64,000 nt of DNA from a bacterium (lineage in GTDB: Bacteria; UBA8248), in contig CBDBZY010000018.1 in NCBI GenBank assembly GCA_965213685.1, positions 544,001 to 608,000 on the forward strand, in the 5' to 3' direction. A program made the position numbers and the translations under genes. Under the pieces are notes generated by a model. The model was not told the origin of the DNA and ran no database searches. It saw nothing but the letters and a program-made list of their open reading frames with translations. Below are positions 18,342-36,098 of this stretch, one piece after another. Each line of letters starts with the position of its first letter. The stretch's first letter is position 1.

Positions 18342-18380
18342 CTGATGAGAGCCATCCAGTTCGAAGCAGCTGTCTGCTGT
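18342..18380 (+). ncRNA. Degenerate hammerhead-like motif; related degenerate copies at about 16523-16565 and 40096-40135
   Basis: CTGATGA-gagc-catcca-gttc-GAAG-cagctg-TC; one core substitution (GAAG for GAAA); stem I not clearly formed. Confidence 0.4.
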
Positions 18381-18896
18381 TTCATTTGCTGTTTGCATAA
18401 ATCTCTGACTTGCTGGATTCCATCCTATCCAGTGGCCTACCACACATAATGTACACATACAGATTGTCCCTGTATGCAGCTATTCACATGTACATGTACA
18501 CTGCACATGTACTTCTTGTGATTTAGAGAGCACGCAAGTATACATGTACATTGTACCTCCCTCTCATGTGCACACACATGTACATGTACACAAACATGCA
18601 GGACTCTCAGTGAAGCCATGTGCCAGGCAGGACTCGAGATGAAGTTTGTTACTAACCCACAAGACTTCCTTGGCAACCCAAAATGATGCTCCCCTCATTC
18701 ACCAAGTGAAGTGATTTCAACTGATCAGTGACAGTACGTGCCAACCCTTCCCTCACTTCTTCCCTCCTCATCCACCCACCCACCCACTCACTCACCCACC
18801 CACCCACCCACCCACTCACTCACTCACTCACCCACCCACCCACCCACCCACTAACCCACTCCCTCCCCCCATCTCCCTCCCTCCCTTACTGACCCA

Positions 18897-19015
<119 letters not shown>

Positions 19016-19324
19016 ACACACACACGCACATTCACCCACTCAACCACTCATTCGCTCATCCACTTGTCTACTCACCAACCTGCACACACTCCTCCCCCCA
19101 CACACACTTACCTAGTACCTACTCACCTACTCACCCACTCACACACTCACTCACTCACCCACTCACCCTCTCACTCACACACTCATACGCTCACATGCTC
19201 ACATGCTCACTGATTCACAATGCATGACCATACTCACCTACATACTACCTCGCTCCTCTCCCTCCTCTCCCGTCTCTCCCTCTTCCACCTTTCTCCTCAC
19301 CCCTCCCTCCCCCTCCTCCCACAG

Positions 19325-20076
19325 GGTGGTGGTGGGCAGGCCATGGGGGAGAGGGAGCACATGATGAATGAGACACCATCAATGTCAGTGGAAGATGTTC
19401 TGGCAAATGTGGAGCAACGTTGTCCACTAATTCCAGTGTCATTTGCTCTGCTAACGGGAATAGATCAGGTACACGTAACACCAACTCCATGTACATGTAC
19501 ATGTACATGTACATGGAGTTAGAGTTACTAAGTTACAGTTAGCCTGTTCATCAGGCTGGATGTACATTGTATATGCTTGCCTTGCCTTACCTTGCCTATA
19601 CTACTGTAAATTTGAACCCAGCTGACTGGGCTGCCTCGGTAGCTCAGTTGGCAGAGCACTGGACTAGCAACCTGGTGGTCTCGGGTTCGAATCCCATCCG
19701 AGGCAGCTCAGTGTTTTTTTTCACTGTCTGCCTTCGGACTTTGCTTTACTTCCCTTGTTTAATAAGCATATACATGTACGAGATTGATCATGTACAGGGA
19801 GCATATGTAATGCACACTGTTGACATAACATGTGCATGTACATGTCAGGTACTGAGTACACATGTACATGTAGTTCATTTTGTGCCTTCCTCACTTCCCT
19901 TCCCTTATGCTGCTCCTCCTCCTCCCTGTGTCTCCCTCCCTCTCTCCCTTCCCACCTCCCTCCCATCCTCCTCTCTCTCCTGCTCCACACCCTCACACCC
20001 TCCCCAAGTCACCACTCCCAACACACACCAGCAAGTGGAGCTCAACCATGCCATCAGCTATGTGAATAAGATCAAG
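19325..20076 (+). pseudogene. SIN3: Sin3 co-repressor exon fragments: PAH2-like exon 20009-20076 and possible degenerate PAH1-like exon 19325-19468
   Basis: QQVELNHAISYVNKIK|gt closely resembles the Sin3 PAH2 start (VEFNHAINYVNKIK). SVEDVLANVEQ resembles PAH1 only weakly. The rest of the gene is not seen. Confidence 0.7.
19630..19707 (+). mobile_element. tRNA-derived SINE-like cloverleaf (AGC anticodon position, weak anticodon stem)
   Basis: Box A TAGCTCAGTTGG, box B GGTTCGAATCC, extended stem GCTGCCTCGG/CCGAGGCAGC, T-run downstream. Confidence 0.7.
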
Positions 20077-20939
20077 GTGAGGAGGGAGAGAGGGAGGGAG
20101 GGGGGGAGGGAGGGAGGGAAGTGGGAAAGGAGGGAGGGAGGGAGGGAGGGAGGGATGGAGGGAAGGAAGTGGGAAAGGAGGGAGGAAAGGAAGTGGGAAA
20201 TGAAGAATAAGGTGAGAGTGATGAAATTAACTGCTGCTTGTACAGGTGTACATGTATAAGTGTATACTGAGAGGTCAAAGTTCCTGTTAAGGACATCCCT
20301 GTTCTGCATAGTTGGACGCTTCATGGCACTTAAGGGCTCCTGGTCCTAGAGACATGGCAGTGCAAAGCAACTACATGTGCATCACCAGCTTTTTGTTCTA
20401 TGTATATAGACTCATGTACATAGTGTACCACAATGAACAGGAAGAGAAAGAGAACTGAGAAGAAAGAAAGAAGAACCACACACTATGCAACAAATTAAAC
20501 TAAAATGCACACTTGCATGTCTATACACCTGTAATTATCCCTCCACTTCCCTCTCTCTTTTGATCTCACCGTCTCTCCCTCCCTCCCTCTCCCACTCCTG
20601 CTCTTCCTCTTCCCCTCTCTCTCTGTTGCCACACACAATGCTCCACAAAGTTTCTGCAGGTGCACATGTACACTGTACAGTATGTGTGTGTCACCCGTTG
20701 CATGATGTTATGAGGGACAGGGTTGATTTGGGACACATGCATACGTATGTCCTTATCGCAGCTGCTGTGAATGCTTGTCTGTACCTTATTGTGAGGATTC
20801 CCATGTGCACTGTACATGTACGTATGTGCCCTATGTGTTCCTGTACAGGGCATCGTGCAGTGTGTTTACATGCACATTGCAGGTGTACAGGTGCTTCATG
20901 TGTGTGTGTACATGTACAGTGTACATGTACATGTATGTA

Positions 20940-21274
20940 CAGTACCCACCAGCGGCAACCAAACACACGCGTGCTACACGTGTGTAACGCGACACGCGTG
21001 TACTCGCATGTAATACACACGTGTAGTTTAGCAGGCGTGGGCTTCTGGAGTCGCGCATATAACTTTTGTCACATAACCCACTAGAAGTTGGATGCCATCA
21101 CTGCTGAGAAGCGTTCAAGCTCAATGTTGAGTCTTTCCATGGCCATTAGTAGAGCTTTGTACGAAGGTGCTAAACGCACACATGCATGTATAGTGCGGAG
21201 CTACCCGTGTGTGACACGTGTGCGAAATGTGTGTGACACGCGTGCGTTTGTTAAGTTGCCGCTGGTGGGTACTG
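20940..21274. mobile_element. Tc1/mariner-pogo-type MITE with TA TSD
   Basis: TA|CAGTACCCACCAGCGGCAAC ... GTTGCCGCTGGTGGGTACTG|TA, perfect 20-bp TIR. Confidence 0.85.
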
Positions 21275-21591
21275 TATATGGTACATATGTGGTGGGAAGG
21301 GGTTGAGTGCACATTCCAAGCCTTACATGTACGTAGCCTGGCAACAGGTGTACCTGTGCATGTGTATATGGTAGAGATCTAGTATAGTAACATCCTCTTA
21401 ATTATTTCATGTTTACCTCTTTTTCCTCCCTCCCTCCCTCCCTCTCTCCCTCCCTCCCTCCCTCCCTCCCTCCCTCCCTCCCTCTCTCCCTCCCTCCCTC
21501 CCTCCCTCCCTCCCTCTCTCCCTCTCTCCCTCCCTGCCTCCCTCCCTCCCTCCCTCCCTCCCTCTCTCCCTTCTTCCTTTCCCTCCCACAG

Positions 21592-22188
<597 letters not shown>

Positions 22189-22479
22189 GTGAGTATACGC
22201 ACACAGCATGTACATGTACTGTACATGACTCTATGTACGAACCCCAGAACAACACAGAGGTGTGTGCATGTCAATTAATATACGTGCATGTACATGTACA
22301 TGTATGTGAATGTCATGCATAGTAGTATGTGTATGCATGCTTAAACATGTACGCAGTGTACATGTACATGTACGTATGTGTATGTCTGTATGTACATGTA
22401 CATGTACACAGAGACATGCACAGTACATGTACATACATGAACATGAACATTACATGCGCTGTAATGGTGCTGAAAAGAA

Positions 22480-22700
22480 TTACCCTGTTTATCAGAAGAG
22501 ACGCCTTTGCCCTTGAGTAGCATACATGTATAAAGATTCGGCCTGCCCAGCTGAGCTGCCTTGGTGGCTCAGTTGGTAGAGCATCTGCCTAGTATGCAGA
22601 ACATCGCAGGTTTGAATCCCGCCTGAGGCAACTCTTCTTCTCTTCTTGGGAAAAAGAGGAGTTGTCTTTAGGCATAGCTACCTTGCTTTGCCTTGTGTCA
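22480..22700 (+). mobile_element. SINE-like repeat with internal tRNA-like cassette (about 22553-22634)
   Basis: gagctgccttggtggctcagttggtagagc...ggtttgaatcccgcctgaggcaactc; 5' and 3' flanks shared with 24320-24640 and 39505-39735. Confidence 0.8.
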
Positions 22701-23149
22701 ATATCATTTACATGTACATGTACATGTACATCTCACAAGCCCTACAATCATTTCTCTGAGTATGTACAGTACATGTAAACATGTATGACTTTCCAGAATT
22801 GTATTTACATGTACTTGTATTTACATGTACATGTACATGGAGGTAGGTATCCTAATTACCCTGGCCCACTCCTCAGCACTGAGTTAAGAGCTGCCCTGTT
22901 TACCAGGGGAGACACCTTTGCCCTTGTATAAGGTTCAAAGAGAGTCGGCCTGCACAGATGAGCTGCCCGGTACCTCAGTAGGTGGAGCAGCTGTACGGTG
23001 CAGTGTGTTGTGGGCTTGTCTGCTGTGGCAATGGATCGTGTCTGTGGCGTGATGGCAGTGGCCAGTGGCTTCATGGTCCAGCTGACAAGGAACAGCTGCT
23101 ATTGCCTCTACAAGTGTCTCCTGATACTACCCATGTACTGTGTGTGTAC

Positions 23150-27455
<4,306 letters not shown>

Positions 27456-27651
27456 GGAATTGTTGTCCATTACTATGTGGCACATGCCAGTTATTTCTCC
27501 CCTCCCCCCCAAACACACATCTTACGATCAGCATATCAGCATCACTGTCATCTAAGTGTTCACTGGTTTATATCATTATGTTGTTTATAGCTTCTTGTGG
27601 TTCTTATTGTATTACACTGAAGAACATATAACACTAGGTATTGTGCTATTT

Positions 27652-28825
27652 GAGTCGGTAGACTCTCTATGTAGGGATGGCGCCGACACTCCCATAGTGC
27701 ACGTACATTGGAAAGCCTTCTTAACTCGCGAATACTCGAGTTTTAAGCTTTTCTTGGCACGCGAATGGCCTATTCAACCGCTTCTCTACCCAACGATACC
27801 CCACAAGTAGCTAGAATGCATTTCTCGACTTACTGCCAGATAATGGACGAAAGGTGATTTTGTTTTTCTTTCTTATTCTTCTTCTTCTTCTTCTTCTTAC
27901 GAGATTTCTTTCAAACGACTTTACTCGAAACTGGCTGAAGTAATCACCATAGTTCTTTCACAGATCCACTGTAATCACTACGAAGTATGATCTGTGCTAA
28001 CAAAATGTTAGTATCTTCTCTACTATGGGCAGAATCTAGAACCCCAGACAACTTTACCATATTTGGAAGCCATTTTCAAATAATTATTGTCACGTGGCGC
28101 AAATTGTAAGCATGTGAGGGCGGGCCTTGCGAAGCCACGCCTATTAATTTCTCGATGGCAAAGGTTTGTCACTGAAAAGAGCGCGTTCTTACTTCGCCGT
28201 ACAATTGTACAGCGAACGTTAATGTAACTGGTATGAGTTAGCTAGTCACATACACTGAGGAAACTACTCTAGCTCAGGACTTTTTAGAGGGGCTCAGCCA
28301 GGTTCCCAACTTCGTAAGTGACAGATCACGAGGTTTACCCACTCGTATCTCCGCCGCTGACTAGTAGCAATGGCTGCTCTGATCACTGATGTTTGTTGGA
28401 TTTTGAATGAAACTTGCAAGAACATTTTGTGTACTATTGTACAAGAAAACGTACACAAACAAGTATGAAAAACATTTTCCAAAAATGTAGAGGGATGTAG
28501 GGATGGCAGTGCCAAAAACCACAGAAACTAGGTGTAGAGATGGCAGTGTACAGGCAAGACAGGTTATAAAAGACTACACAAGCAACCCCATCCCTACATC
28601 TTTCTTTTTTCTCACCGCATGGTATTGATGTTCCCAGAATTGTCATAGCTAAACTCACAGAACAATTTCAAGGAAAAAGAAAGATGTAGGGATGGGGTTG
28701 CTTGTGTAGTCTTTTTATAACCTGTCTTGCCTGTACACTGCCATCTCTACACCTACTTTCTGTGGTTTTTGGCACTGCCATCCCTATATCCCTCTACATT
28801 TTTGGAAAATGTTTTTCATACTTGT
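27652..28825 (+). mobile_element. Hairpin+ATGTAGGGATGG element (HINE-like), copy 1, ending in a fold-back (28459-28825)
   Basis: Starts gagtc-ggta-gactc(tct)atgtagggatgg; (TTC)n at about 27876; about 150-bp near-perfect inverted arms; homologous to 29433-30654. Confidence 0.75.
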
Positions 28826-28841
28826 CTCAGTTGCAGCTCAA

Positions 28842-29135
28842 TGTCACCATCACATTCCCACACTGAATTTCTATTTCTCTTATACTCTTGAGACTGAATG
28901 CATGTGTGCAATGTGTAGAGTGTCTCCAGAGCAACGTATGCTGTGACAGAGACTAGACATGTGATGAGTAATAATACTCAAAGGACTGCCCTGACAGTAA
29001 TGCTAGGGCAATCTTTTGCCAGTTCTGTCACAACACACACCACTCTGGAGACACTCTACACAATCCACACATGCATTTATGCAGTCTCAAGAGAATAGGA
29101 GAAATAAAACTCAGTGTGGGAATGAGATGGTGTCA
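28842..29135. repeat. Diverged inverted repeat, about 110-bp arms (MITE-like)
   Basis: cattcccacactga...gagactg...tgtagagtgtctccagag vs ctctggagacactctaca...cagtctc...tcagtgtgggaatg. Confidence 0.75.
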
Positions 29136-29432
29136 CTATAGCATTGCATTGCCTTTATCATTTACTCATACCAGAGTATAATTATTGCTGAACTGTACTA
29201 GATGATGTTTGTACAATACACATGCAGCCTCATGCAGTAGCCCAGCAAGACTTACATACATGCATGGATGTACATGTACTCAATATACTCAATCTGAAAG
29301 CCAGACTACTCCGTGCCTTGATGCCAATGATTATTTGCCCATTGTACTTACTTCATCTACTTTACTACAACCCATGCAGCACATGCATTTATTTGCCCAT
29401 TGTACTACTTTCCTACAACCCAGCACATATAT

Positions 29433-30654
29433 ATCAGAGAGTCAGTAGACTCTCTATGTAGGGATGGTGCCGACATGCCCATAGTGTGTGTACATACAAA
29501 AGCCTTCTAAACACCCCTGCGCTAGTGTTCTAAGCCTTTCTAGGCACATAGCTACTCTATTCAGGCGTTTCTCTACCCAACGATACCTCCCAAGTAGCTA
29601 GAGTCCATCTGCAGACTTACTGCCAGAGAACAGATGAACCGTCGAATTGTTCATCTTTCTTCTAATTCTTCCAATTCTTCTTAAGAGATTTTTTGAATTG
29701 ACCTACGCCCAAACTGGCTCTAAAGTTATCACGGTGGCTTTTGTACGTACGTCCTTCATTCCTGTGTGTGTAGTGCCTTTTACTACCAGAATGTTCATAC
29801 CTTCTCACCTCGACTCCGAGCAAAACGCAGTAGCCCCAGACTCTTCCCCACACCTAGAAGCCATTTTCTAATATAATGTCACATATGGCAGAGCTTTGAG
29901 CACATGAGGGCTGACCCTGTGCATGCTGCGCGTGTGTGAAACCAAGCCTAAATCTCTAGATAAAAGGCCTAGCTCTGTACTAGTAACATCTTACTTCACT
30001 GTACTATTAAAGATACACCTATTATCGCTAGAACATCTAAAAGAGCTACTGTAGCAGCTGATTGCATTTTCCTTATGTTTGTATGCAACAAATGTTGATG
30101 ATACTTGTTTGATGTAGGCAGTCACATACATGCAGTGAGTAGCTTAAGACTTTTTGAAGGGGCTCAGCCCCTTTCCCCAAGTGGTGGTCCTCAACTTCTT
30201 CTTGCTATGTACTCCCAGCCCATGACACATAGCAAAAGCTGTCTGTGGTCACAAGTTTGTTTTTTAGTGCCTGAAGGAAGCGAACTAGAACAGCACCCTC
30301 CTATATGGTGTACTCTTGTACAGCAAAAAATGACACAAACCAGGAAATAAAACATTTTACAAAAATGTACAGGGATGTAGGGATGGCAGTGCTAAAAACC
30401 ACAGAAACTAGGTGTAGAGACAGGGCATAAAAACACTGCACAAATAACCCCATCCCTACATCTTTTTTTCATGCACAATGTCATTCCAAGTAATCTCATA
30501 ACATAATCAAAGAAGTATGTCACGTACAAAAAAGATGTAGGGATGGGGTTATTTGTGCAGTGTTTTTATGCCCTGTCTCTACACCTAGTTTCTGTGGTTT
30601 TTAGCACTGCCATCCCTACATCCCTGTACATTTTTGTAAAATGTTTTATTTCCT
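29433..30654 (+). mobile_element. Hairpin+ATGTAGGGATGG element (HINE-like), copy 2, ending in a fold-back (30342-30654)
   Basis: ATC-AGAGAGTC-AGTA-GACTCTCT-ATGTAGGGATGG; about 125-bp apparently perfect inverted arms. Confidence 0.75.
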
Positions 30655-30747
30655 TTAAAAATAGGGGCAGGTACTATCATGATCTGCTTTGCTGATATAC
30701 CTCATTAACTCTTGCGCATGTGAACATAGTAGTGTAAGCATGCATGC

Positions 30748-30840
<93 letters not shown>

Positions 30841-31315
30841 TGCGTGCGTGTGTGTATGTGCGTGCACATGCACGTGAGTGCTTGTGTGTAGGAGTAAGTG
30901 CATGTGGAGTCACGCACACAGCTGGAAGCCATTTGCTACAAACAGATCGTAGCTCTTAGTTGGATGTGCAATGATGCTTGTGCAGTGGGTGGAGACTGTG
31001 ATTCTAGAGTATTAAAGTGAAACGTCATGTATATTGAATGAATGCCAGCGCACATACTGGTTATTAGCATCAAGTGACAGAGAAGTGAGCCAAGTCAACG
31101 ACTACTCTGAGCGTTTTAATTATGCCTCTTCTCAGGGGAGGGGCTTGCTGAGATACACGACCGAGCGAAAAACAACCAATACAACCATACTTTGAGCGTT
31201 CATGGCTGGGATGTACGCTCAGCAGGGCAAAGGCTAGGGCCGCGCTTGCACATGTGATGGAGCAAGGACGCTAGGACGAACGATGGGGAAAGGGCGCGAG
31301 GGCGTGCGGCGGGAT

Positions 31316-31422
31316 TAGTCTCGTGAACCAGACCGTATTTCGTGAACGCGCATGCGCGCGCAAAAGGGGGAGGGGAGGAAGGAAAAATACGTATTTTCCC
31401 TACGGTCTGGTTCACGAGACTA
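31316..31422. mobile_element. Short MITE (TAGTCT...AGACTA) with 9-bp TSD
   Basis: TIR tagtctcgtgaaccagaccgta/tacggtctggttcacgagacta; cggcgggat on both sides. Confidence 0.9.
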
Positions 31423-31538
31423 CGGCGGGATGAGGGCTGAGAGCTAGGCTTGAGACAACTCTAGTCCTACCATGCTATGATCACAAGAGAAGGTCGAAAT
31501 CCCGCCACTTGTTCCCACAGTGGTACACTCTGGCTCTG

Positions 31539-33146
31539 TCCGACAGGAGCCAGAGAGTAGTGGTCAATGGTTCTGAGTCGGATGTGGTTAAAGTTATAAG
31601 TGGTGTTCCTCAAGGTTCAGTCCTCAGTCCATTGTTATTTCTGATCTATGTGAATGATCTCTGTAATATTACCCTTTCCCATGGAAGCAAGGTAACTAGT
31701 ATGCAGACGACCTGGTGCTATACAAAGTCATTGACACATATTCTGCACTTTTTTGTCTGCAAGATGATATCAACAACATAGTTCAATGGGCCAGGAGCAA
31801 CCTGATGACTTTGAATTACTCAAAATGCAAAATCATGCTTCTATCTTGCAAACACCACTTTTTGCTGCCATTATTCCTTGAAAGTGAAAAAATTGAACAG
31901 GTACTTACAGGATGTACATACAAGTTTCTCAGTTTAGTGTTAACTACATCTTTGAAATGGGATGACCACATCAATAAACTATGTTCGAGAGTAAAAAAGC
32001 TTATAGGTTATCTATACCGAGTTTTCTACAGATTTTTCTAAAACGTCGAACCATCTTTCCTGTGCCGTCTGTTTACATCCATGATACGGCCTATTCTGGA
32101 ATACGCTTGCCAGGTGTGAGACCCCTACACACAGCTAATCTGGCAGATGGTTAAGAACAGACAAAAAATTGAAAACATACAGAAATATGGCCTGCGTATT
32201 TGTTCTGGCAGATGGTTGGCAAGCTATGAAGAGTTACTGGATGTATTTAAACTTCCCACGTTAGCCAGCCGTCAGGTATATTTGAGAATTATCAGTACCA
32301 CACTTAGCATTCCTACTTTCCACCGGAACTTCTAACTCAACAATCATTGACTGTTGCTACTCGTTCCAACATCTCTCATCAGTTTAAAGTCCCTTTTGCA
32401 CACACAATACAGTTTCAGAGTTTGTATCTGCCCCGGACACTCCAATTGTGGAACAAATAACCTTTAGAATATGAAAAGCACTAAAGTGCAAACCCTCGGC
32501 GCAGTTGCAATTGCATGCTACAACAGACTACACAGATGATGCAAGCAGTGTGGCAGAGGTGTGGCAGGCGAGGATCTGATGTGCTGCACAGGGATCACAA
32601 ACTCATTATGATGTTGCATGGGAGTGTTGAGTATTGCATGCGTAGTCATGTTGCGAGTTGTGCACATACGCATGTGCATATACTGTAGCCCCTTACTCGC
32701 ATGCGCTTACGCGGGGCACTAGCCGTACGGACGTGAAACGGAAAGTATACAAAACATTGCAACGTGAACGAAATGGCGGATTGAGCTGGCTTGGTCACGG
32801 GTAAGGTTATAACGCTTCTAACTTTCTAACGAAGCAGTTTTAGAGAAAAGGCCTTTATACTTTTGTGAAAAACGTGCCGCTCAAGCCGCTAGTGCCTTCG
32901 GTTAGACGTCTACTAGCGCCAGTCCGCAGAGTAGCCCTGTGGAACAGACACACACACAGGACAAGTACCGTAAACCTCGCTGCGCATGCGCGCCGAGGGT
33001 TAATGATTGTAGATCGTTTAAATGTATACTTAAAGTATTCTATTATAGACTGGTACACATGTTGTATTAGCAACTTCTTGCTATTTTGTGTTGCCATGCA
33101 TATACTTATGCAGAACCCTTAAAAAAAGAAAAATAAACATAATTTG
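31539..33146 (+). mobile_element. 5'-truncated LINE (CR1/L2-like) RT fragment with A-rich tail, inserted in repeat copy C
   Basis: RSQRVVVNG...SGVPQGSVLSPLLFLIYVNDL; tat gca gac gac (YADD) across a frameshift; LQDDIN..W, IRPILEYACQV; gctctg repeated on both flanks. Confidence 0.9.
32474..33003 (-). mobile_element. Helentron-associated non-autonomous element (HINE-like), nested in the LINE
   Basis: 5' TTAACCCTCGGCG..hairpin, then GT microsatellite; 3' inverted subterminal CGCCGAGGGTT + GCAC-TTTA-GTGC stem-loop + TTTT. Second copy at 56168-56845; 3' remnant at about 16700-16730. Confidence 0.75.
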
Positions 33147-33833
33147 TTGCTCTGCGTTCGCTGCCGGCATCGCATATGGGTAAGCTTACTAAGGTATAGG
33201 AGGGAGATATATACCCCGTAGGTTTTATTGCTTTATTATGGCTCACATGTTTCTGGGTTATCCTAGCCAGTTGAATGCTCTGGTTGTTCTTCCTTGTTCG
33301 CACGAAAGCATGGAAGTATGGGTAGCAATATCTATGATGAAAAAGCAAATGTACGCCGTCAGTTCAACGGCTAGTGTTGGAACTTAGTGCATGCACAGGT
33401 TGTGAATATCAGTAATAACTAATCAGCTGCACATAATACAGGGACCGAACAAACATCAGTTGGAACATAATCATTGCTATACATATAAAGTAACAATTTC
33501 CTTGTGACTTAAGCTACCCTAACATTTCATTTACCCTCTGGTTCCATGTGTTGGAATATTTACCTTTTCACGTGTGAGGCGCGCGATCGACAAGCAAGAG
33601 GCCATGCAAGCTGTGACTTATAATTGATATCGGATTAAGAAACATAAAGTCATTGAATGGCTGGTAGTGGCGGACCTAAGTTCTTGGGATGGGATGACAG
33701 CCCACCCTTCAAACCATCATAGCAGTCTTTTGATGCTAAGGCACGCATGCATATGTACATGAGTAAATCGAAAACCACAACTCCCTAGGCCACGAACGGC
33801 CCTTAGGCCTAGATGTTAAACAGTCACCCGATG

Positions 33834-33876
33834 CGCAGGACGCGTTTCGGCCAATACCAGGCCTCATCAGCTACAT
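33834..33876 (-). ncRNA. Minimal type I hammerhead ribozyme (Penelope/retrozyme type)
   Basis: Minus strand reads (a)tgtag-CTGATGA-ggcc-tggtatt-ggcc-GAAA-cgcg-TC-ctgcg: intact core, 4-bp stem II, palindromic ACGCGT stem III, GUC cleavage triplet, stem I tgtag/ctgcg. Confidence 0.8.
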
Positions 33877-34888
33877 GTACGTCATCAGATTATAGTCAGC
33901 ACTATGGACTGGACTGGACCGGATCTAGGTACACGCTCGGCTCGGTATAGTCTCTACCCGGCTCGATATAGTCTCACCCAGATCTCTTACTCTTGTATGT
34001 CATCTCTCCTTATGGCTATAATTACTATGCACTGATTTGTATACAGTCATGTATACCTATAGACCTGACTTTTTGCTTTAAATTAGGTCGCATTGTTGTT
34101 GCTTTCATGTGTACATTTTTCACTTCTAATAGTGTATATACATGTATTTCTCTTTGTGGTCTAGATGAAACATATGGGGAGGAGTGTCTGTTCTGTGAGG
34201 GGTGGTATATGTGTTGTATCAGGGACCAGGAGTGCATGTTCTATCTGTAAGAGTGGGTATTATCTCTGGGAGTGAAAATTCACTGCTGCTGATGCAGGTC
34301 CTTTGAATACAATTGAGTATAGTAAGACTTAAAGTTAACCCCTAGTCAGTAGGTCATACATGTATGTGCTTCAGATCCACACACATGCACGCACTCGCAC
34401 ACACACAAATGCTTCTGTGAAAAACTTTTCTGGTAACTGCTTTGCATACAAGCACACGTGAAATCATTGACAACCACCATCATAGTACATTTTACACGTC
34501 ACTTTTTACCTTTTCACCACTGTCTGTTGTATTTTGCATATGCATTTAATGTACGCCTATATGATTTTTCAGAAATTTATCTGGGGTTATGGCTGGACTG
34601 GAGAATGTTAGCTAGGGAAGGGAGAGTGGATAATAACTGTCCCCTTCCCCTTCCCCCATCTCTGCTTGAAACCCTGGTAGAGGGCATGTGCATTGGGCAA
34701 TCAGAATATAGCCACAACCCGTCATGTGATGGCCAACTGCAGGTTGTCTGCATGAGTATGCAAGCCCGTACGCAGGACTCTTAAAAGGGGGGTTCGATAA
34801 CTTCTTTGGCAAATTCCTGATAATGCGCTGTATAACCTGAACTACACATGCACCATCAAGTGGCAGCGAAACCACGCCTTTCGCCTTC

Positions 34889-36098
34889 CAGGGCCGGTGC
34901 CAGCTATTTTGAAGTGGGGTGGCCGTGAAGCAGGGTGTAGAACTCGAGTTTGAAGTGATACGCTGGCGAGAGTTGTGGCGTGCGAAGCGCGCCCTAGTAG
35001 AGGGGCCTGGGGGCGTGCCCCCCAGAAAATATTTGGCATGCTGAGATCGCATCTAGAGCAATTGGTGGTAATACTGCAAGAGTAAATTGCATGTTACAAA
35101 AACCTAGTTTTGACGGCTAAAGTTAGTGAGCAACTAGGCTTGTCCCAATTATGTTCAAAAAATTGCCTATTATTCTATTCTTTTATGCTCGAAAAACCAA
35201 CCTATTATTCCATAATGCATGTCGATTATTCTTTAATCACTTGCCAATTATTCCATGTTTAAATGATTTTTGACGAGAACATAATGCAACAAAACACTTA
35301 TGAAAACATTACACAAATTTGTGTAATATCACAGAGGTTTCTATATAATCTTTCAAAGGCCCGCCCCCTACGCTGGCTAGCCTTAAAAATTCAATCCAAG
35401 CTCTTGTCGATCTGAGAGATTTCAATAAAATGGCGTTCAGCAGCAGCTGATAAAGGTTGCAACAGCAGCATGTCTTTGCATGCTTTTGACTACTTAGGAA
35501 GGTTTTCCTCATTCCTCTTCCACCAAATTACGAGCCCCGCCTCCAAAATTTGAGAAAACCTACCTATTATTCCACCATTATTCTCTACTTGAAACTGTCC
35601 CTATTATTCTAAAATTATGCTAGCATGATTGGGACAAGCCTATGAGCAATTGTACATGCATGCAACACAGTAATTTAGATCTAGTGATGCGAGCGTTTTG
35701 AGCGCGTAACTCATGCAACGAAGAAGGCTATGTCCCAGAAAGCTATCCACTTGAAACCAAACGTATTAGAGGCTATGGCCCTGTTCGGAGGTGAAAGCGG
35801 CTGCGAAGTTACGTCTGATAGCGTACTCTTTGAAAGAGAGGAAACGCTGAAAGTTAGCATCCACGCGCCTTTGCGTCTGGAAACGTGACAAGAAACACCA
35901 CGCCTTCTTATGTAGCATGTGTAGGAATCTGCACGCGCATACGACGCGATAATCGCCTGGCAGCGCCGATCGCGACACTGTGGAAGTTATTCGAGGTGCC
36001 GACTACGTATCTGGGCTTGGAGATATCGTAATTTGGGGGAGGAGGCCAAAAACTGGGGCGGCCATGGCCGCCCCGACCGCCCCTGTGGCGCCGGCCCG
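34889..36098. mobile_element. hAT-like element with 5-bp TSD (middle of the nest)
   Basis: cagggccggtgcca/tggcgccggcccg; ccttc on both flanks. Confidence 0.7.
35135..35642. mobile_element. hAT MITE with 8-bp TSD (innermost)
   Basis: TIR taggcttgtcccaat/attgggacaagccta; tgagcaac/tgagcaat flanks. Confidence 0.85.
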
